This document shows positions 60,787 through 64,000 of a stretch of DNA of 64,000 bases, piece after piece; the first letter of the stretch is position 1, and each line of letters starts with the position of its first letter. A program made the translations under genes and the position numbers. This DNA comes from Camelus ferus (taxonomy: Eukaryota), in NCBI RefSeq assembly GCF_009834535.1, contig NC_045696.1:46812001-46876000 (forward strand), written 5' to 3'. The notes below the pieces were generated by a model. That model ran no database searches. It was not told the origin of the DNA and worked only from the letters and a program-made list of their open reading frames with translations.

Positions 60787-62419
60787 TGAGGATCTCTTTA
60801 GTCCTATATTTAGTGGGTTTAGAAGTTAAGAAACTGGTTCCATCGTAGTTTACAAACAGCCTTTCTTGTGTGTCCATCAAGGCACTTAGGACCTGAAATC
60901 TGTGCTAATCTCTTATGAGTTTCCACTTACAAAAGATGCCATTTTGATAAAATGTAGAAATCTTCCATATGGTTTCATAATTGTGCCTCTTTGCCTAGAG
61001 ACTGTAGTAAATGAAAACGGGGGAGTCCCTGGAGGGACGACAGATTAGTACCCATTTCACCGGATGACAAATTCAGAGACACCTACATGGCAGCGTGTAA
61101 AGTAGGGGAGAAACGAGTCATACTCTATCGTGATTCCAAAGAAAATGATTTATTAATTTCAATAGCCACAAAGGCTAGACCACCTGGAGCTGGTTCAGGT
61201 AAACAAGGGTAAAAGCTCATCTTAACCTGCTCTGTCCCTGGGAGGTAAGTGGCTGTCTTGTCCCAGGGCTATGAACAAGCCCTCCTACTTCTGTAGGTGT
61301 AAGAAGATGGACAAGCCAGTCATATTTCCTAATGGATATATTCCTCTTCTTCAGTTATTCAGATGATTCTCTTAATTTTGTCTGGCGGAAAGTCCACCAG
61401 TTTCCTTGCACAGCACAAAATCTTGTGAACCAAGAATTTTATTTTTGCCCTTTTTTGTTGAAGAGGTTGCATTTCTCTACCTCTTCCCCTTCTTTACTCA
61501 GGACCCTCACTGTGTTTTGGAGCATGGTAAGTATGGCCCCAAAGGGCCAGTAGAACATGCGTGTGCTTTGTGCTCCAATAGTCACCCCCCTTTCCTTGTC
61601 TCCGCTCTTTGTGGGGCTGAGTCTATGCCTATCCATCTTCCTTTTCCTCCCCAAGAAGTAGCTTTGTGCCAGTGGGACTGTAAGCTAGATGAAAAGCTAT
61701 CAAGGCACTAAGGGAAGGAATCGATAGTAATATATGTAAGCGTGTACATAGATCACAAGTGACAGGCTCATTTCCATGCAAGTTAAGATATTCTCAGTGC
61801 CTCTAATTGATACCATGTGTATGTGTATCTGTTCGAGCACTCACTCTAGTGGGGATGTACATGGCTGGATTCACCCTGAAGAAGCAAAGTGGACAGCTTG
61901 CCCATGGGCTGTGAATTGATTTTTCCTCCAGGGCCCTCTTCATGGCAACCCTAGCTGGCTCAGGCCTCAGCCTGCTGGGAATTCCCACATCACTGGCCTC
62001 TTTGGATTCAAGCACTGAAAGTTGTTTAAATGCAAATTATTTTCTAGGTGGTAGAGACATTATTATTCATTAATATTTGGGCTTTAATGAGTCTATCAGC
62101 TTAGAAGAGAATGAGCCAGAGTCTTGGTAGAAGCCAGAGAGATTTGTTTTAATCACGATAGACGGAAAAGAAAGAGTGAAATCCGAAATAGTATAGAAAC
62201 TATAGCTGTAGACTCAAGGGATAGCATAAGGACACTAGTTACATGGATGAGATAAGATGGAGAAAGGAAAGTGGGAAAATGGGAAGTAAGGTAGCTCCCC
62301 GAGTCCACAGGTCATTTCTGGCAGGAGCCCCTACAGGCTCTTCCCTTGGCAGGAGTGTTTGTAGAAACCCTTGTTGAGACACTGACACATTTCACATTTG
62401 CTATAGCGTCACTGTTTCC

Positions 62420-63480
62420 AGGGATTTATTTCGTTATTCAAAAACACTGCACACCTAGTACATGCCTAGGCACCGTGTGGGTATATCAGGAAAGCAGACC
62501 AGACGGAACCCTGCCCTGAAGGAGCTTGTGTTTTAGCGGGGAGGTGGAGAGAGATGACAGACACTATTCGTAAGGGAAGTGTGGTGCGTTAAGTGGGGAT
62601 AGAGCTGTGGAGAAGAGGAAAGCACTGAGAGGGGCTGGGAAGGAGGGCCGTTTTAAATAAGGGGGTCAGAGAAGGCTCACCAGAAGGTGACGTTTGAGTA
62701 AAAAGTAAAGAGGAAGTAAGCCCCGCCAGTGTCAACAAGGAGATCATTTCCAGCAGAGGGGACAGTAAAACGCAAGGTCCAGCTTCAGGAGCCTGCCTGG
62801 CTCATTTGAGGAAGAGCAGGGGGTTGGAGGAAGTAGGGGTTCTGGGGAGAGTGGACAGCGTGGGCAGATGAGAGTGAGCACATGGGGAGAACAGCAGGGG
62901 AAAGGGCAGACAATCATGGGTGGAGGGTTCAGTTCACACAGGGCCTTATAAGACTTGACTGGGGTTGGCCAGAGATGGTAAATGTCATTAGTAGGTCATG
63001 AGGCTTCTGTTGCAACTTTTTGATGATCCTGTTGGAGCACAAGATAAACTAATGAATGTGGCTGTGTTTCAATAAAACTTTAATTACAAAAACAGGTGGC
63101 AGGCCAGATTTGGCCCATGCTGATCCTTGGGTCATTGGAATAATCCATAGGAGAGATGAAGGTGGCCTGGACCAGGGTTGTAGCAGTGAAGTTGACAAGA
63201 AGGGGTCAGATATGAGCTACATTTTGAAGGTGGAGCCCACAGGACTTGCTGTCAGACCAGATTGGGGTGCAGGGGTGGTGTGAGAGATCCAAGGAAACCA
63301 AGGAGAGAAACCAAAGATGACTCCAAGGCTTGAAAAACTGGAGAAATAGAGTCACCACTGCTGAATTAAATAAATGGAGAAAACCTAGCAGGGAGGTTTG
63401 GGGTAGGATTGAGAGGAGGGATATCAGGAGGTGGTTTGGGAAATGAAAATGTAAGATGTTATTAGGATAAAGGAATGGGA
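62420..63480 (-). mobile_element. L2 fragment interrupted by a MER58-like element (about 62960-63130)
   Basis: L2 phrases (ccctgccctgaaggagctt, attttgaaggtggagcc, caaagatgactccaagg); MER58 phrase ggctgtgtttcaataaaacttt...caggtggcaggccagatttggccc. Confidence 0.75.
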
Positions 63481-64000
63481 TTGGATATTCCCTGACTCTC
63501 CTTCTAGTTCTAATATCCTGTGATTCCACAACCGTGAGAGAGCGAACATCTACCCAAGTGGCTTCTGCTGTGATCGTATCCTTCAGGGAGACCTTCCACA
63601 CTGCATTACTCCATCTTCCCCAAATGCAATTGGCGATTATGCTAGCTAGAGATCAGTTGCTGGAAGGGAGAAACACTGCAAAGGAGGCAATTGCCAGCTG
63701 AAGCTAGCAGGGGGACTTGGAAGAATGGCATATATGGAGGATGTGCTGGGGGAGGCTTTGGGGGCTGGAGGCAAATTCCTGTGTATCTTAGTTTCCTGGA
63801 GGTTATCGGTAGTGGAGTGTCATCAGCGACCAGGCTAAGAATGTTCAGTTTGTTTTCCGAGAAAAAGCAAGGCATCTTCTTCAACCTCACCTCCACTCCA
63901 CTCTCAGCACAGCCACACTTCAGACACACTCACCCTCTGCCTAGATACCCCGGAGCCGGGTGCTGACACTGACGACCCCTGGGGACCCACGGACACAGAC

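Noticed and set aside
52600..64000. Second gene or lncRNA upstream of CD47
   Set aside because: Only short ORFs in repeat-derived sequence; no credible exon chain or second CpG island. A lncRNA cannot be excluded without expression data
1..64000. CRISPR-like array, prokaryotic operon or viral gene insert
   Set aside because: No regularly spaced repeats and no gene-dense segment; the window is explained by CD47 plus mammalian interspersed repeats

Overview
This is mammalian genomic DNA containing the complete CD47 gene on the minus strand. It has 11 coding exons from the ATG at 51474 to the stop at 5208-5210, a CpG-island promoter at about 50.75-52.35 kb, and a 3'UTR of about 3.9 kb with proximal (4997-5002) and distal (1341-1346) AATAAA signals. 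All ten introns are GT-AG. The full splice gives 966 nt (321 aa), and skipping exons 9-10 gives 303 aa. The artiodactyl-type protein and three tRNA-derived SINE copies resembling the camelid vic-1 family suggest a camelid (inference). The rest is intron and upstream DNA rich in L1, L2, MIR, MaLR LTR and DNA-transposon remnants; repeat family names come from recalled consensus sequences, not from a search. I found no second gene and no novel multi-gene system. Best leads: (1) an out-of-frame upstream ATG 8 nt before the CD47 start codon; (2) a read-through ORF into intron 2 whose stop is followed after one base by AATAAA, a candidate secreted IgV-only CD47; (3) a probable remnant of the mouse Cd47 cassette exon in intron 2, here with an in-frame stop; (4) a TSD-flanked chimeric retroposon nested in a full-length L1; (5) QKI and RBFOX motifs around the alternative tail exons.
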